Below, piece by piece: positions 14,948 through 29,540 of a DNA stretch of 64,000 nucleotides. The first letter of the stretch is position 1; every line of letters starts with the position of its first letter. The notes beneath the pieces are model-generated. The model worked only from the letters and a program-made list of their open reading frames with translations. It had not been told where the DNA came from and ran no database searches. A program made the translations under genes and the position numbers. Source of the stretch: Balanoglossus misakiensis (taxonomy: Eukaryota > Animalia > Hemichordata); NCBI GenBank assembly GCA_040954595.2, contig CM082586.2:5070509-5134508 (forward strand). Reading direction: 5' to 3'.

Positions 14948-17900
14948 TGTGTCTGTCTGTCGTTATACCCGTTCAACAACTTATTATCAAAATTCCACCG
15001 TTCCTGTTATTTACGTTGCAAATAATCCGGTAGACGTATTCAATATTGTTTTCCAGAATTGAATATCAATTATTATCGTGTCTCAGACACTGTAGCTAAA
15101 TAGAGGGCGCTATCCCTACTTTTGAAATATTCTTCGTATTATTCTCGGTGTCCTTTGCATCACTTCATGCTGAGTGCGCTTGTATTTTCTCGTAAGGGGC
15201 GCTGTTGCACTGGGATGGTGAGAAACACTCGACTGGCGGGATGCGCACTTGAAAATTAATTTTGCTTCGTCTCTGTCTGTCTGTCTACCTGCCATTGCCT
15301 GTCCATCTATTTCTTTAAACGTTTGCGATAAGGTAACAAAACCCAGTGGAAGTTAGTCAAACACAAGTGTACGCTGCAAAACTGACTGGCGTTGGATTTG
15401 TGTACAACGTCACGACTTTAAGACACATTGCCATCAAGCGTCCGCTGGATGACTGAACAATGCAAAGATACAATTGGACATATTTTGTGGTGACTGACCT
15501 CTTTTTCACACACAATACTTTTTATAAATGTGCCAAACTTACTAATTAACCCAAATCGAACTGAAGAGAAAGACCACGAGGCCTCCACTTTTTACCGGGT
15601 CATTAATCACCGAGTCTTCAGTGGGTGGTCAACAAAAATTCAGTATACAATATTTAATATCGTTAATATAGACCCACGGGATGCCTTGTTTAATGGAATA
15701 AATATTGAATGTATAAATATTTAATTGATATTAAAATAGATCGCAAACCTGGATGAAGTTGACATTAAAAACATTTTAAGGAACGCAGAAAATTTAATTA
15801 AGGTGGAATTGGTACGTCTCACCTGATAGAAACAATTACTGTATATGTAAATGGGGTAACGTTTTCAGCCTTAAAACAATACCAAAGCATTGTTTGCAGT
15901 GATATACACAGTGCAAAGTAACAAACACATCATGAACAGACAGACATGACATCATGAGCCTGTTTGCACATTCCGTATGTAAATCGTTCGGCTAAACTTC
16001 ACACTTGTATCGACGAAACACTCTCAAATCTAATGACGGAGATCAAATCATTTTAAGATGCGATGTCCACTAATTGCTTAGTACAATAATATCATTGATA
16101 CCGTCTTAAAGTCTATAAAGTGTTGGCATAATTACAAAAATAATCTTCAGTGCGGTTTCATGAAATATAATCTCATGTATCGATTTCTATTGAGGTACCT
16201 TTTATAGTGAAATTCTGTTTTCCATCCGGAATAGCTTCTGAGGGATAATGAACAATAGCGATCAAACAGCTACGACAAATTTAGTAAATAGTGTATGTTT
16301 TCATTAATAAATGTTAGTTATCATTCGAAAAGCTGATAAACACGTTTTTTACAACGGGCTGCTTAAACGGTAATCTTGAAACTGTCATTAAAATGAGCAA
16401 AACGTGAGCACATTTTTACATTTTTGTAATGAGTTTTGATCGTAAAAACGCGAAACAATACAATTAAATTTTTGGGTAGTCAAATTTTAATGGCGGACAC
16501 ACGTGTGCCAGAAATTCGTTGCATTTCACAATTCGGTGCGGGGCCTGGCGCGCAAGCGAACGGCGTCTGTCTTCTGTGGAGCGGCAAAGGCAATATATAT
16601 CTGTCGGACAAACGCCGGCCCGAAGTAAATTTGCAATTATTGTCGGCTGCCGCTTGTTTAATAATTGTCACTAATCGAGATCATATGTATTCGTCGGGCT
16701 TAATATCCTAATTGGATGTCACGTTTTAGTGAAGGCAGCAGAGAGTCGTGACGCGAGAAACAATACAGCGGTTTGATTGACGCTCGGTTCTATTTGCCGT
16801 CCTTTCGCACACAGAAATGGGCCAGTGCCGTATCCACGGCAACAGAAGTCGTGACTAGACGCATCTTGCCAATAGGAATGGCAACATCCGGGTCTTTTCG
16901 ACGAAAAAGATGTTTTAGATTTTTCTATGAGTTCCGCATATTGAACAGTTCGCAGAACTAAAGGACTTAAAACTTGGTGCAGAATTATTTCAGGTTGAGT
17001 ATAAAAGCTCTCGGATAACACAATGAAACTTGAGTGAAAAGCGTCGATAAAAGACCCGAAAACCCCATAATGATGCGGTCCACTGCCTCCATGGTTATTC
17101 CGACATTCACATCACGACAACCATTGTTTGTGCCAACGGTTAATTAAAAACAACAACGTTAACAAGGCCATCCCATACAACATCTATAAGTTCACAACTG
17201 GTCTCTATACAGAGAAGGTTTTAACGAGGCCATTCCGCATAAGATCTAAGTTCACAATCGGTTCACAATCGGTTGCAAGGACCGATGGACCGAGCGCGTG
17301 ATACACTCCAGATAGTTGGTCACAAGTCAAGGAAGACGGGAGTTCGGATCCAGTCAGCGCACTCCAGTCGACTGCCAACGGGCTCCGCAGCCACTGTGCA
17401 CCTGTCGATCTGACGTCATCCGACGCGACGTGCATCATGTCAATTACGGTATTTGCAGCGGTTAAATGACGTAATGATTGTCGATGCGTTGAAAATGTTC
17501 ATTATTGTGAAAACTTGAAGGCAGATTAAACTATTATCATCTTCTGTCGTGATTATATCGCGTTGATGTTTGCTACGGACTGTCAAATCGGCGTTTTCCC
17601 CCAGCGAGTAACGTGGTATGCAACTGGGGTTAGTGTTAGTGTTACTGGGGCTTTAAGACGTCATACCGCATTTTTGAATTTTCTCTCCCTCGGTCGGTGC
17701 TTTCATTGCATAATTCAAACAAAAAGAAAAAGAAATGGCGACTCCAACTGAAGTACCCGACCCTTAAGGTAAAAGTTTTTTTATTTTAATTTTCATCATA
17801 CAATAAGAATGGAGTCACACACATTGCGGTACGGCAGTGGGGACGGTCGAGTGAAGCTCGCGTCACTTAATGTCATTTGCGCAAATATATTAAACTTAGA

Positions 17901-18128
17901 TAATGGGGCCATTGAAATATGGCTGGCAATCAATTATGCCAAGACACTGGATGCTAAGGTCGAATGTTTTAGAAGACAATACACAGTCGATTCATCTATT
18001 AGATTAAGGCATTTAATTATGAAAAACGCCGGATTGTTATTCCTTTAACGTTTAACATATTTCTCTAGACATTGTCCACATGGCAGTCCAAATATCTCAG
18101 TCTGCTACAACGCATTCGTCGTTTGTTT

Positions 18129-18194
18129 ATGTATGTATGTGTGTATGTATGTATGTATGTATGCATGTATGTAAGTATGTGTGTATTTATGTAT
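18129..18194. repeat. (TATG)n microsatellite
   Basis: Directly visible, imperfect. Confidence 0.9.
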
Positions 18195-21100
18195 TTAAAC
18201 AATACAGTCGTAAAACCATAAATGTACATTTACGTACCCCGGTTTACGACGATTGAGATGGCTTTGTATAATGGGCTATTACAAGAAATGAAGACAATAA
18301 TTATGATTGATCGCGTCGATTACATCAGTCTACTGTTTAAGTAGGACGTTTAGCGTATGCCATGTCTGACGGAATGACCTTCACAGACACGGACGGAAAG
18401 TGCTCCATGAGAGGTCAACCCTTACAGTGGTTTAGACTTGGAAAATCATAGTGCGTCCATCATTTGTGCAGTCAGGCTTGTACACAGTTGAAAATCAGAG
18501 AACACTGTGCGTACAATGAACGAAAAATCGCACGGATGGTGATAAAAAAAACAAAAGAAACGCCGCGTCAAAGAAGTTATGACCACTAGACAATTTTCCG
18601 AACTCCGCGAGACCAGGCAGTTTACACGAGGGCATTCTCGTGTGACACAGGACAAATATGTTGGTCCATCGTGTTAAATGCTACAAAAGTTACATTTTCT
18701 GTTAAACTCTGCACCTATTCTAGTTTTATACAAAGGTTGACTTGTATTACTTGTGTAGCAACCCCGTTGATACGGTAATTCACTTGACCAAGTCTCGTGA
18801 GATCTCACAGTGAGACGAAAATCATCTATTGATGGCCAACATGGTTTGTATTTCCTGACCAACATTTTTGATTAATATTCGTGAAAAGTTTGACACGTGC
18901 AACTAGACCCCAAAACGGGGGCAATCCAAGTAACCCCCCTGTCGTAAAATTGCAATAATGCCAAAGTGACCTGATTCTTTGTACGAATTTGTGAACAAAG
19001 CGACACAAGTATAGAGAATATTCCTCAAAAAGCTAAATATTGTCGTTGACATTACGGGCCGTGCAACCAATGCCCACATCCACGGGTCTCGCCTGTTGCT
19101 TTTACGGCGGGTGCTTCATCGAGTATCCCGTCACCATCCCACATTCCAAACACAATGCAGATTCGACAAAGCGAACGACAAAAATGTTTTCAATTCGCTG
19201 TGAGGGGGAGGGGTGGTAAAAGAACGTGATTGCCAAAAATGTACCAGCACCACACCGTTAATAAGCTAAAAGCTCAGCAATTTCCTGAATGCTTTCAAGG
19301 ATATGAACAAGAAGCGACAGTTTATACAAGAAATGAACACAGCAAAAAAAAGCCAAAAAGTTACCGTTAAAGGACCTTTAAAGGAATAATTTGACTTACG
19401 GCTAATCTGTCCTTCGAGCGAAGTTCTGAAGACGGTCCTCGCGGGTTGCGTCGATCTGGTCTAGTGGTGTGACGCGCGCCTCTACCGAAGTGTTCTCGCG
19501 AGAAGGCCCTATCCACAGAGCAGCTCCGGAGTATTAGCAACTAGTCTGTTCGTGGGTACTGAAAAAAACGTATTACCGCCAGAGCGTGACCGCAATGCTT
19601 CAACTACCCGGCTGATAACATCGTATCATCTTGGCTATTATGAAGGCTCTCATATTTATATGAATATACATGTGAACGTCGATGAATCCGCTATATCAAA
19701 CCAATGGTGCATTACCCACTAGCAATATGAGTATAATTAATAGCGATTTGGGAAATATTTAAGTTATCAGACTCTTTTATGGCAGACTGTAATCTTTTTT
19801 GTCGTTTTGCACTGTCTGGAAATTCGGAAAATATTGTTTAATGTTCCTTCGCTAAAATGAAACATTATTGGGGTAATTTGCTCTGGCCAGAACGTTAAGA
19901 CGAAATAAATTACAGCAGTTATATTTAACTGAAGCTTCCATCTCCCAACTTTGTATGTCAAACTTTGCGAATGTCATGTTCTCAGCCCGGGGCGCGTTGC
20001 TCCGCGCGTCCTTGCGCTCAACAGGGTCACGGGCGCAAACACCCGCCGCCATCTTGCCGATCGTCTGCCGTTCGTAAGGACAAATCAAACGATGACACCC
20101 TTTGTGTTCAAACTCAGGCTAAATTGAGATTAATTTTTCCCCGTTACGCGCAAGGGCAAATGACAGTTTGGCTTTGACAAACACAACTCTATAAATCAAT
20201 TAATTAAGTGAATCATGAAGGTCAACTTTTGGCGTTGTGTGTCTTATAGTGACATTCGGGAGGAAAGTTCATTTTCCCCTTAGTTCTTTTGTCTGCTTTA
20301 TTCAGATAGTGCTCAAAATTCGTTGTTACTTTGCTCGAACCAAATTGGGATTTTGAGAAGACCTCTAAGTCACATTTTAGTAAACTCAAGTCTTCATCTA
20401 CACAGAGGGTAAATAAGGTCATTGGATCAATCGTTCACTTGTTGAAATTAACAGCGACTTTTGATTGATTAAATTAAGTCTAAAGCGAAAGTTTGTTTTT
20501 CAGTAATAATAGGCCAAGTTAATCAGTTCGGGGTTCGTCAAGAAAGACACTGAATGGTTATAAGTCGTGCTCGTATTTGTAAAATAAACACACAGATTAA
20601 TTTGATGAAAATTTCGCCCTCATTACCATGATCGATTACAACCGGGAATGTATGCGGTATGAAAGTAGAAACCTTGTTCAATATCGAAATTAACGTTTAT
20701 GACCCACGCACACGCCACGCTTGCAAGAGTTTGCCCTTCCTGTCCTTTACTTGTGCTACGGGCAACCACGCATGGCTGAGCCGGCGTATAGTGTCGGCGG
20801 GCTCCTCGTGAATTCGTGAGATTCTTCATAGAAAAAAAACCCCGACGTAATTGTTGTAGCAACAATGGCTGAAATGTCTGTAAAGCCAAACAAATAACCG
20901 TGGTAAAGTAATCACTTCATTGGAAAGTTAGAATCCGAGTAAATGGGGCCAATTTTATTATTACTGACAGTGCAGAAGTGAACGCGCCTGAATTATTGCT
21001 CTTGGCTCAAGGCAGCGTTGCAGGGTATAATTATAAAGGGCGGTACACACAAGCACTCGGTGAGTGTTCCTGATGGTTAGCATGGGTTGTAAGTTACTAC

Positions 21101-24100
21101 AGCTTTTTTGCAAACTGACAGTGAGGAGATGTCATTAAATAACGGTACAAAGAGGAACCTGTTCATTGTCGGGAGCTTTAGCTCGTCTTAGGGGCAATTG
21201 AACTGCACTGACAACGATTGGAATCTAAGCCGAAATGCAAACAGTGTCGCGGTTGCAGCAGACATCACATAATGAATTCGCGCAGATAAATTGTGGAGTT
21301 TTGGACAATTTAATTGTAATAATATCACTCCCCCCGAGGGCCGATAAATTTTAAGCGGCGTGTTGCTGAGAAATCGTGATCCGCGATATCGTTATACATC
21401 TGTCAACGGCCCTATCTCTAAACTACATCGACTCTGCAAAGGGGCGTACTATAACCTATAAATATTGTGTACTTGGGTTCCTGGACGCACCCCATTGCTT
21501 TAGCTTCCGCTAACACGGGAGCTACAAATGACAAATGACAACACTTGCAATATTAGATATCTGCCATATTTGTGTACTGTATTGTGACCCCCGGTGCGGT
21601 TAGACATTGGTCATTTCCCTATTACGACTTCCATACTACAATCTCCCGGCCAACATGTGTGAAGACATTTCACCACAACAATGTCCACATCAGAAACAGG
21701 TGTTGACTCGAAAATTCTGTTCGAGCGACGTGGACAGCACGGGGCCTCTAGGGAGCAAGACATCATTAATCTGTTGCTACCGCGGCCATTGACAACAACA
21801 ATACTGAACAAAAAATTGGCAAAAATAAGGACCATTGTAGTCGTAATCATCCTCGGCATCATGACAATTGTGCTAATAACACACTCGCCCACTCGAAACG
21901 ACTAATAATTGAATATAAGTTTACAGTTATGAACCTGAATTATTTATGGATTTTGATGAGGTATGTCTAATTAAGAAGACACCTTTACCGTGACATAATC
22001 ATACCCTGAATAAATTATAACAGTAAACGAAATTTTCGTGGCAAGTGCCTTTGCTTAAAGTTTCTCCTTCGCCTACGCTTGCGGCATCAACGCACCCCAA
22101 GCAGTGAGACCTTATCATGGAAACCCTGTAGTTCAACCGGCCAGTAAATGGCGAATCGCTGTTCGTCTGCATGGTCGAAAGTGGTTTCGAAGAAGCAAAC
22201 TTTCCAATGCAAAACTACCAGGAAGGGTGCAAATTTCACCTGTACTGATTACCCACTGAGTTGCAAACACCGCTAATTACTGTTCGGTTAGATTAAGACA
22301 AGTTGGATAAAATGACGATGGAAAGGAAAAGTAAAAAAAAAGCAATTTGTATTATGAAGTATTATTGAAGCATGGGTTAATTGAAGCCGGCTGGAAAAAC
22401 GAATGTAATTAGTGCACCTACGCGTCATTGTGTGGCACAAGAACAAATTACCTTTCAATTTGCTTCAATTCGTTGCCTCTAATTAAATATTTATGACCGG
22501 TGTATAAGTGTTCCCCGCAATTAATTTTTTTTACGCCACCGTGCGACAACCGTTTAAAGAATGTGATAAAAGTTTACGGGGAGTCTAAAATCTTAGAACG
22601 CGCATGCTCCGTTGCTGTAGATTTCTGAAGACTTGCGTGTGAGTTTTATGGAAGATGATTAATAGGCCACAGACAAAGAGAAACGAAGCGAACTGCACTA
22701 TTTTCAGGATGGACAGTAGCGTCGTGGCTTCAGTGGCAATCACCGTGACGGGCGTTTCAAATATAGCAGTGGGTCGCGTGTGAATCGAGTCTGGTTTTTC
22801 TACATCCGTGTGGCTAGGGGACAGGTGGCGAACGCTTTAATCACCGGTTTCGAAGTCGGTTCGCGATCTTCGTGACCAATAAACGACACACCCCTCTCTA
22901 TCTCAAAGACCTCATACGGGCTTCTAAAAACAGACGCCCCTTTGCCGCACCAAAGTTATTCTATTCGCTGACCAATGTGCACAAGACTTATTTCAATTTC
23001 ACAAGAAATGATCACAGAGGTGATATGTTTGGTCTCACCACAGTAAACCGACACAGAAAACAGCTGCTCGAATATACGCTAAGTTTACCAACGCCAGCTC
23101 AACTGGAACCGGCTATTACATGCATAGACAAAAAAAAATAAAAAAGGGCACATTGACAACCATAAGAGCAGAAAAATAATTCGATAAACTTTCGACTAAC
23201 TTTGTTGACATTTAACTTGAAAATGGGATCTGTATAATTTACGGGTGAAGATGGCGTTAAGAATGCCAGATCGATCAATCGCGCGATAGTGGGAATCTTT
23301 TAAAGGTGCGCTATGGTCTATTTGCCGTGTAAATGAAACTCGTATGAATATGTAATCTTCACTTACGTGGGTCTCCCTTTCTTTCTTCCTAACGCTCAGT
23401 CCAGACTCATCTACGCGACTGTCGCTCTAACACGCCCGGCGCTAAGTTTTGCTGTCAACTCATTCCCCAGAGCGTTATACGCGCAGCTAATTCACCCGCC
23501 CGCAGACACGAAACATTTGGCAGATCACAAGTGGGCTGTTTTTATTCTCTCACAAAAACCAAACCGCACATGTACTTTTGTTTTTTTGACGATTCTCTCG
23601 TGTGGGTACATTCGGGGCTTGTCGAATCTCACCCTCCCCCCTCTCTATACCCCAGGGCTGTTTTGCTTGCACACAGAAATGTCCTTGGTAAGAAACAAAG
23701 CGAATAGCAATGGCGAGATGTGTATTAAATCCTTCTTGTTTGTTGGCTAATTATAGGGAAATGCGGAGAAAAAACTTAAGTATCTAATTGTATGTCTAGT
23801 TAGCGCTGAAAAAAACTTTACAAATCCACGAGCCGCTAAGCGCTTGTAAGGTGGTTAGTCTTAACTACCATCGTTGCAATGGAGAGAAGAAAAGACCTTT
23901 GAAGCTGTACACGCAGGATGACAATCACCGACGGAAATGTCACTAGGATCTTTATGGCCGGCTAAACAAACCAGTGGAGCGGAGAAGTGGATGTGAGTGT
24001 CTGCAAGGGGGCTTTGGCGGACGAGGAAAATGGTGTAATTTCCGTGCGTTGTGGGCGATTGTTCCCGGTGGGACCATGTGAATTCACGTGCAAGGCAGAC

Positions 24101-26344
24101 TCAACCTACCTGCGTGTAGAATCGCGGGACTCCTCAGTGCCGCACACCACCGTCAAAAGCGTTCTTCTCGGGTTCCCTTCAGTGGAAGCCCCGGCGCGAA
24201 GTTGTCTCGTCGCGAGGCTTCTCCGAATACGAAAGAACGATACAAAAAACAACTTCGGGTAATAAAGAAGAGCCGATGGAGATGTGATGTGCGTTCGCCT
24301 GAGTGCCCGTTCGCCTACTGCAGGGTTCCCCCCGAATCACCTACACCTAGAGCGGTATATACACTGTCCGGCGCAACAGTAATCACCTCCGCACATCAGA
24401 CAGTTATGTTTATCCTAGCCGGGTGCCTATCTAGCAAACGCTGCTTTCGCTCCATCACAATGGGGCCATAGATTCTGCTATATATTTGACTTTTGATGCT
24501 GCTGCAAAAGGGGGTATGATCCTAACCCGAGGGATGGTCTCGTCCGCACAAAGACGATGACGGACTCAACCCGAATGCGGTAATCCCATCGCCGCGGGGC
24601 CGAGCCTCCTATGAAAAGATACGAACGGAGACCAACACAGCTAATCCCATGTTTTCGTATTGTAACAGTCTTTTATTCCTTTTTTCCCTCTTACAAAACA
24701 ATTGTTAATAGAACACGGCAAATATATTCATCGGGGAAAATCCGTCGTAACAAGACACCACGCGAAAAAAAAGTTCAAAATAATTCTTATTCCGATTTCT
24801 GTTGAACGGTATTTCCCATGACTCCGTTCGTAATTAATTCACGGGAACAACAATCTGATTCTGAATCTATCTTCCCAGAATTGTTGCATCGTATTTTGAA
24901 AAAGTGATTCAGTGCGTTTCGTCTCTTATCCCATCATTTTTACCCTTTAACGTTTTTTTTAAAGCCACAGAATTAACTAAATAGGATGGTTATAAGCTGT
25001 CGGTTCCGCGACTACTTAATTATACATGACGCAAGTTGTCGGCAGCGATCGCACGGCATCCCGGGAAAGAAACGACAATGTTCCGCTGCCGATAATAATG
25101 AGATGGCGTCATTGAAAATGTCATGTTTGCTCTATTGACGAACCTGACTCGAAATTACAATCGTATTGGCTAAATCGATTACAATCGTTTGGAGATGAAT
25201 GCGGGTAGTAATAAACGAACGCAGAGAAAAGTGCTTGCGAACTAGAATGGTGCAGTGGGCGCTTCGGAACCTTGGGATAAGATTAAAAGCAAACGCTCCG
25301 GTCTGACTCGGCCGCTGCCCCCGTCAATGATGCACGCATGCGCCAACGCCAAACTTCGGGAACCTGGTGTTTGTCACGTGGTGGTACTGCGTGATGTGTG
25401 TTTTCCTTGACATCGCCAAGTTTCTTAAAGTTACCGCCACGTGACACCAAACCACCACCACAACCACCGTCGTCGTCGAAAGACAAATATAATCCTTTGT
25501 TGGTCTTCTCTTCATAACCAAAAAAACTTGATAATAACATTTCTATCATGCCGGTTCGTAACTCAATCGGTATCTGAATGAAATTTTAATTAATCTGTAT
25601 ATTGGGGGTCAAGGACACGAAGATTAAATCTTCAAGAGATAAACTCAGAAAAATGCATTTTTAAAATGAAGGGACCTATCTTTAACGGGGAATATTACTT
25701 TTCGAGATTAACCAACTCGCGATTTGTTTCAACTGATTAAATTTTCAGCGGAAAATGCAAAATTAAAGCAAAGTAAAAATCTAGCCAAGACACAACTTAA
25801 AGGTAGAGTTGTGATCATGGGTTGAAAGATACACTGTGTTCAACTGGGCACCGACGACAGACAAAATCACACGGCGTCCAAACAAGATTGCCTACATGTA
25901 CGTTGTAGGATGAGCGAACGTGATTAAAAGGCTCAACTCTAAGTAAATTTACCAATACAGACACAGGCCAAGCGGAATCGTTCACAAATCAACGGAAACA
26001 TGGCCGTTTAACGTAACCAAACAATGCTTTCACTGATTCGTGTCGCAAAACTGTTTTGAGAATTACGCCCGGTTGATGTTACGACTCGTGTTACCGTCTC
26101 AGCACTGTAATCGGCGGCCGATTCCCGATTACCCGGCGAACAGTGAGTTACCCTCGACCCGGAACTTTGCGAGCAAACTCGGTGCGCGCGGATATGGGAG
26201 TTAAAACATCGAATACTGACACACATGAATAAGTCATGACCACGAGGAAGATCGGATAAGGGATCAGCGTATTCTCATGTCAAAAAGTAAGTACCGACCG
26301 GCATCGTCAACTATTCAAACTCCCGCGGCGGGAAGTGGGATTAA

Positions 26345-26751
26345 GGATGTACGATCAGTAAAATTGGAAATATTGTCATTTCTTTTAATTTTTAGACTCT
26401 CCTTTGTATGTTTAATGAAAATATGTAATAAAAATAGGGGTCACCGTGCTTATTTTCGAAATAAAAAGCCGTGACTTTAGTCAATAATTGAAGAAAAACT
26501 AATTTCAGCAATGCTTTTATGGGGGAACACATTTTACGAAGTTTATCTCAAAATATAGAGCGGAGATCATACTATTTTATCTGACCGATGAATTTTATTT
26601 TTATTTGACTGAGGTATGTGTCAAATTTCGTGAAAATGAGTAGTGGTTAAAGTAGAGGTTAGTTTTCTAGCAATGGAGTGTAATCCTATAGGAAAAGACA
26701 AATGCGCACACGTTTGCTCAGTTTACGAGTTTACGTTCTGAGCTTCCATCC
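26345..26751. mobile_element. Kolobok-like non-autonomous element (~407 bp)
   Basis: TTAA|ggatgtacgatcagta ... ttctgagcttccatcc|TTAA gives 16-bp imperfect TIRs (12/16) with GG..CC ends, TTAA on both sides and an AT-rich interior. Confidence 0.6.
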
Positions 26752-29540
26752 TTAAACGGACCGACGTGGAAGCGAGACGCGCCACATGGCAGGAGGATTT
26801 GCCAGGCAGACGCGGTAGCTGCCGGACTCTACGGGCGAGAGCGTCCCGCCGCCGCCGGTGGTATAGAGCATTACGCGTATAGGATGTCTTGAGCGACGTC
26901 GAAGAAGCGTGTGCACTTTCAGTTAAATCCCCTTCTCACACATTCTCTCGTTACTTCGACTTTATCAATAATTTGCTGAAATGGCCTCGATTCGCTTAAA
27001 TATTAAACGCATCCGCGCGGTAGCGGCTTGGATTATATATCTAAGTTTACTTTCGCCCACTGCAGTTAATTCCATATTTTGGAAATGGATATTTTCGCGT
27101 GAAACAAACCCTTTTGGATTATGCCCCATTTCTGGTATTGGTGTTTTAAAAAAAATAAAACGTGATGCTTTATTTCTGTGCTTGACGACTGTACAGCTCA
27201 AAATGTGCAGTTGTACAAATAAGTTACTTTGACAAGGTTCGTAAATATTGGTGAGAATTGTTAAAACGAGTCCATTATTTTATATTTTTCATAACATGTT
27301 ACTTTTGCAATGTGGTAGAATACTGCCACTATACATGTCAAGGTAGGTGGGTCCCGGTATTTAAGTTCGTTCACCCCTCTCTCCCTCCACCTCCCCCTTC
27401 CTATTTGTCTCTTTCTCAGTTTGTTTGTTTGTCTGTCTCCTCCTCTCTCTCTCTCTGACTGAAAGATCAGCGCGTTTTTGAAACCAGGCAGTTATTGCAA
27501 GAAGAAACCCAATCCGCTGTTTACAGCGGAGAGATTACGTGAACACTTTGCATGACTAAAACCAACGGTGTCAAATATGGCTCGGGGCGGCGAAACGATA
27601 CAGTAGAGCGCGCCAATCTGGCGAAACTTGATCAGGCGACAGTGAAAATATCGGATTTAGGAAGCGTCAACCCAGGTTTAGATACCGTTTTATTTAATTT
27701 GAGACCTGATATAATTTGAAACGTGCGCGTGAACACGTAAAGTCGATCCAGGTCGGAGTCACACAACTGATCAAAAGTGTTTTGAATACCTGTGATCACG
27801 TTTCCAATAATGTCATGGCTGTTTTCGATTGTATCTCTATAAAGGAAAACAAACAGTCTTGTAAACACGTACATGACTGTTGATGACAGCGGCATCAACC
27901 GTATTAAGCCAGTCTGTTCTACTCTTTGCCATGCGAGTCTAAATCACACCCCAGGATAGAATACAACAGTTTGAAGATAGTAGACACGTTATTTACATGC
28001 ACTGTAATTGCACAACTCCGTTACGCAACTTCAGCTAGGTCTGTTACAAGGCTTTGCATCACCTACACCGCCAGTCCAAACTTGCCGACAGCCAGCTCCT
28101 GGCCAGTCTGTGCGCATCCAACTGTGTAAGTTTAGCTGATACAGAGCAGGCTGATCTGGTAGGCCTACTATCGGGTATTTGCAAACTCTCCTGAGGGCGA
28201 CCAAATAGCGCGTCGGGCGGAAATATAATCGCACAGGCTACCACTCTTACGCACCTGCTGCACGAATATTAATTCGAAGATTGGTCTGACGTAGAAACAC
28301 AACGAAATAATGAGGTGATAATGGCGCCATCCTCACACTATGCTGCATTCATGCGCCTGTGTACACCTGTGTGAAGAATGAATTGACCAATCAAAAGCAA
28401 CCTTGATGGATCTGCATGACTTTGTAGTGTATTCACAACATGTTGCATTTTCGCCAACAAAAGATTTTTGCTGTGAGAAAACTGACAACGACAATAGCTG
28501 TCTTGTTTGATCTATCGTTCGAACTGACTTAGCAAGGGACAAATCTTTTGTCAAAACAAGTCTTCGTCAAACATTCGTCTTAATGCACCAAACGGGCCAC
28601 TCAAAAAGACGGCAAAGCTCAACTCAAAACAAACAGAACTGTTGAAAACCGCTCTTTTGCTGTTCCCCGTTTTCAGTGCTCAATTCTTATGTTGGTCTCG
28701 CTCAATAGATACCAATGTGGCAGTTATACAACGTAGTCCTATAAGTGTTCTCTTGCGAAACACTCAAATGATGTCACTTTTTTCACGCCAAAATAACTTC
28801 GACGATATGACAACAGTGGGTAAATCGCGAATGACTGTCAGTATGATTTCATTCATTCATTAGTTCTTTCGTCCTTTCGCTCATGCATCTTTCAACTCAT
28901 TCGCTCACACAATCATCCATCCGTCCATTCATTAATTAACGCCGTCGTTCAATTTGCAGTTCTCTACAAAGACATTACTGCATAGTTTTGAGTATACCAG
29001 TTGCTCTAACCTCGGAACGCACAGCGCGCAAACCGTGTATCTCTTGGATTCGAAACCAGACAGGGTGATCGATTGATGGCGAAGAAAGAATTTCAATGCG
29101 GATCGGCTAGCCGTGTTTACAACAGATTTGCGGCAGAACAAAAAAAACAATCATTCGCTTCATTAGACAAAACCTATTGTTTACCAATTAACGAGTGTAC
29201 GATTGCATGTGATACCTTTCGTGAAGCGAGTAGTGTATTGTTTTGCTTCAAGAAATGTCACGATAGTTTCTAGTAAAACTTGTCTTGCTCAGCTGTCTCG
29301 AATTTAGAAAGAGAAAGATGAAACGGCCCGCAATGTTTGGTTGGCTGGGAGACACTTTCCTAACATTCGGACGGCAGCCGAAGACAATTTCTCGGACAAC
29401 GATGCTTTTGTTTATTTTTTCAGCAAACTGGACTGTAAGTGAACAAGGATTCTTTGAAAGCACGGTAGATTACACCGCTCCATTCAGCCTGAATTAAAAA
29501 AAAAAAAACGGGACGAAAACAAACAAGACAACAACGGCGC

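Noticed and set aside
19447-19510. tRNA or tRNA-derived SINE (A-box-like TGGTCTAGTGG)
   Set aside because: No B-box (GTTCRA), cloverleaf or tail follows.
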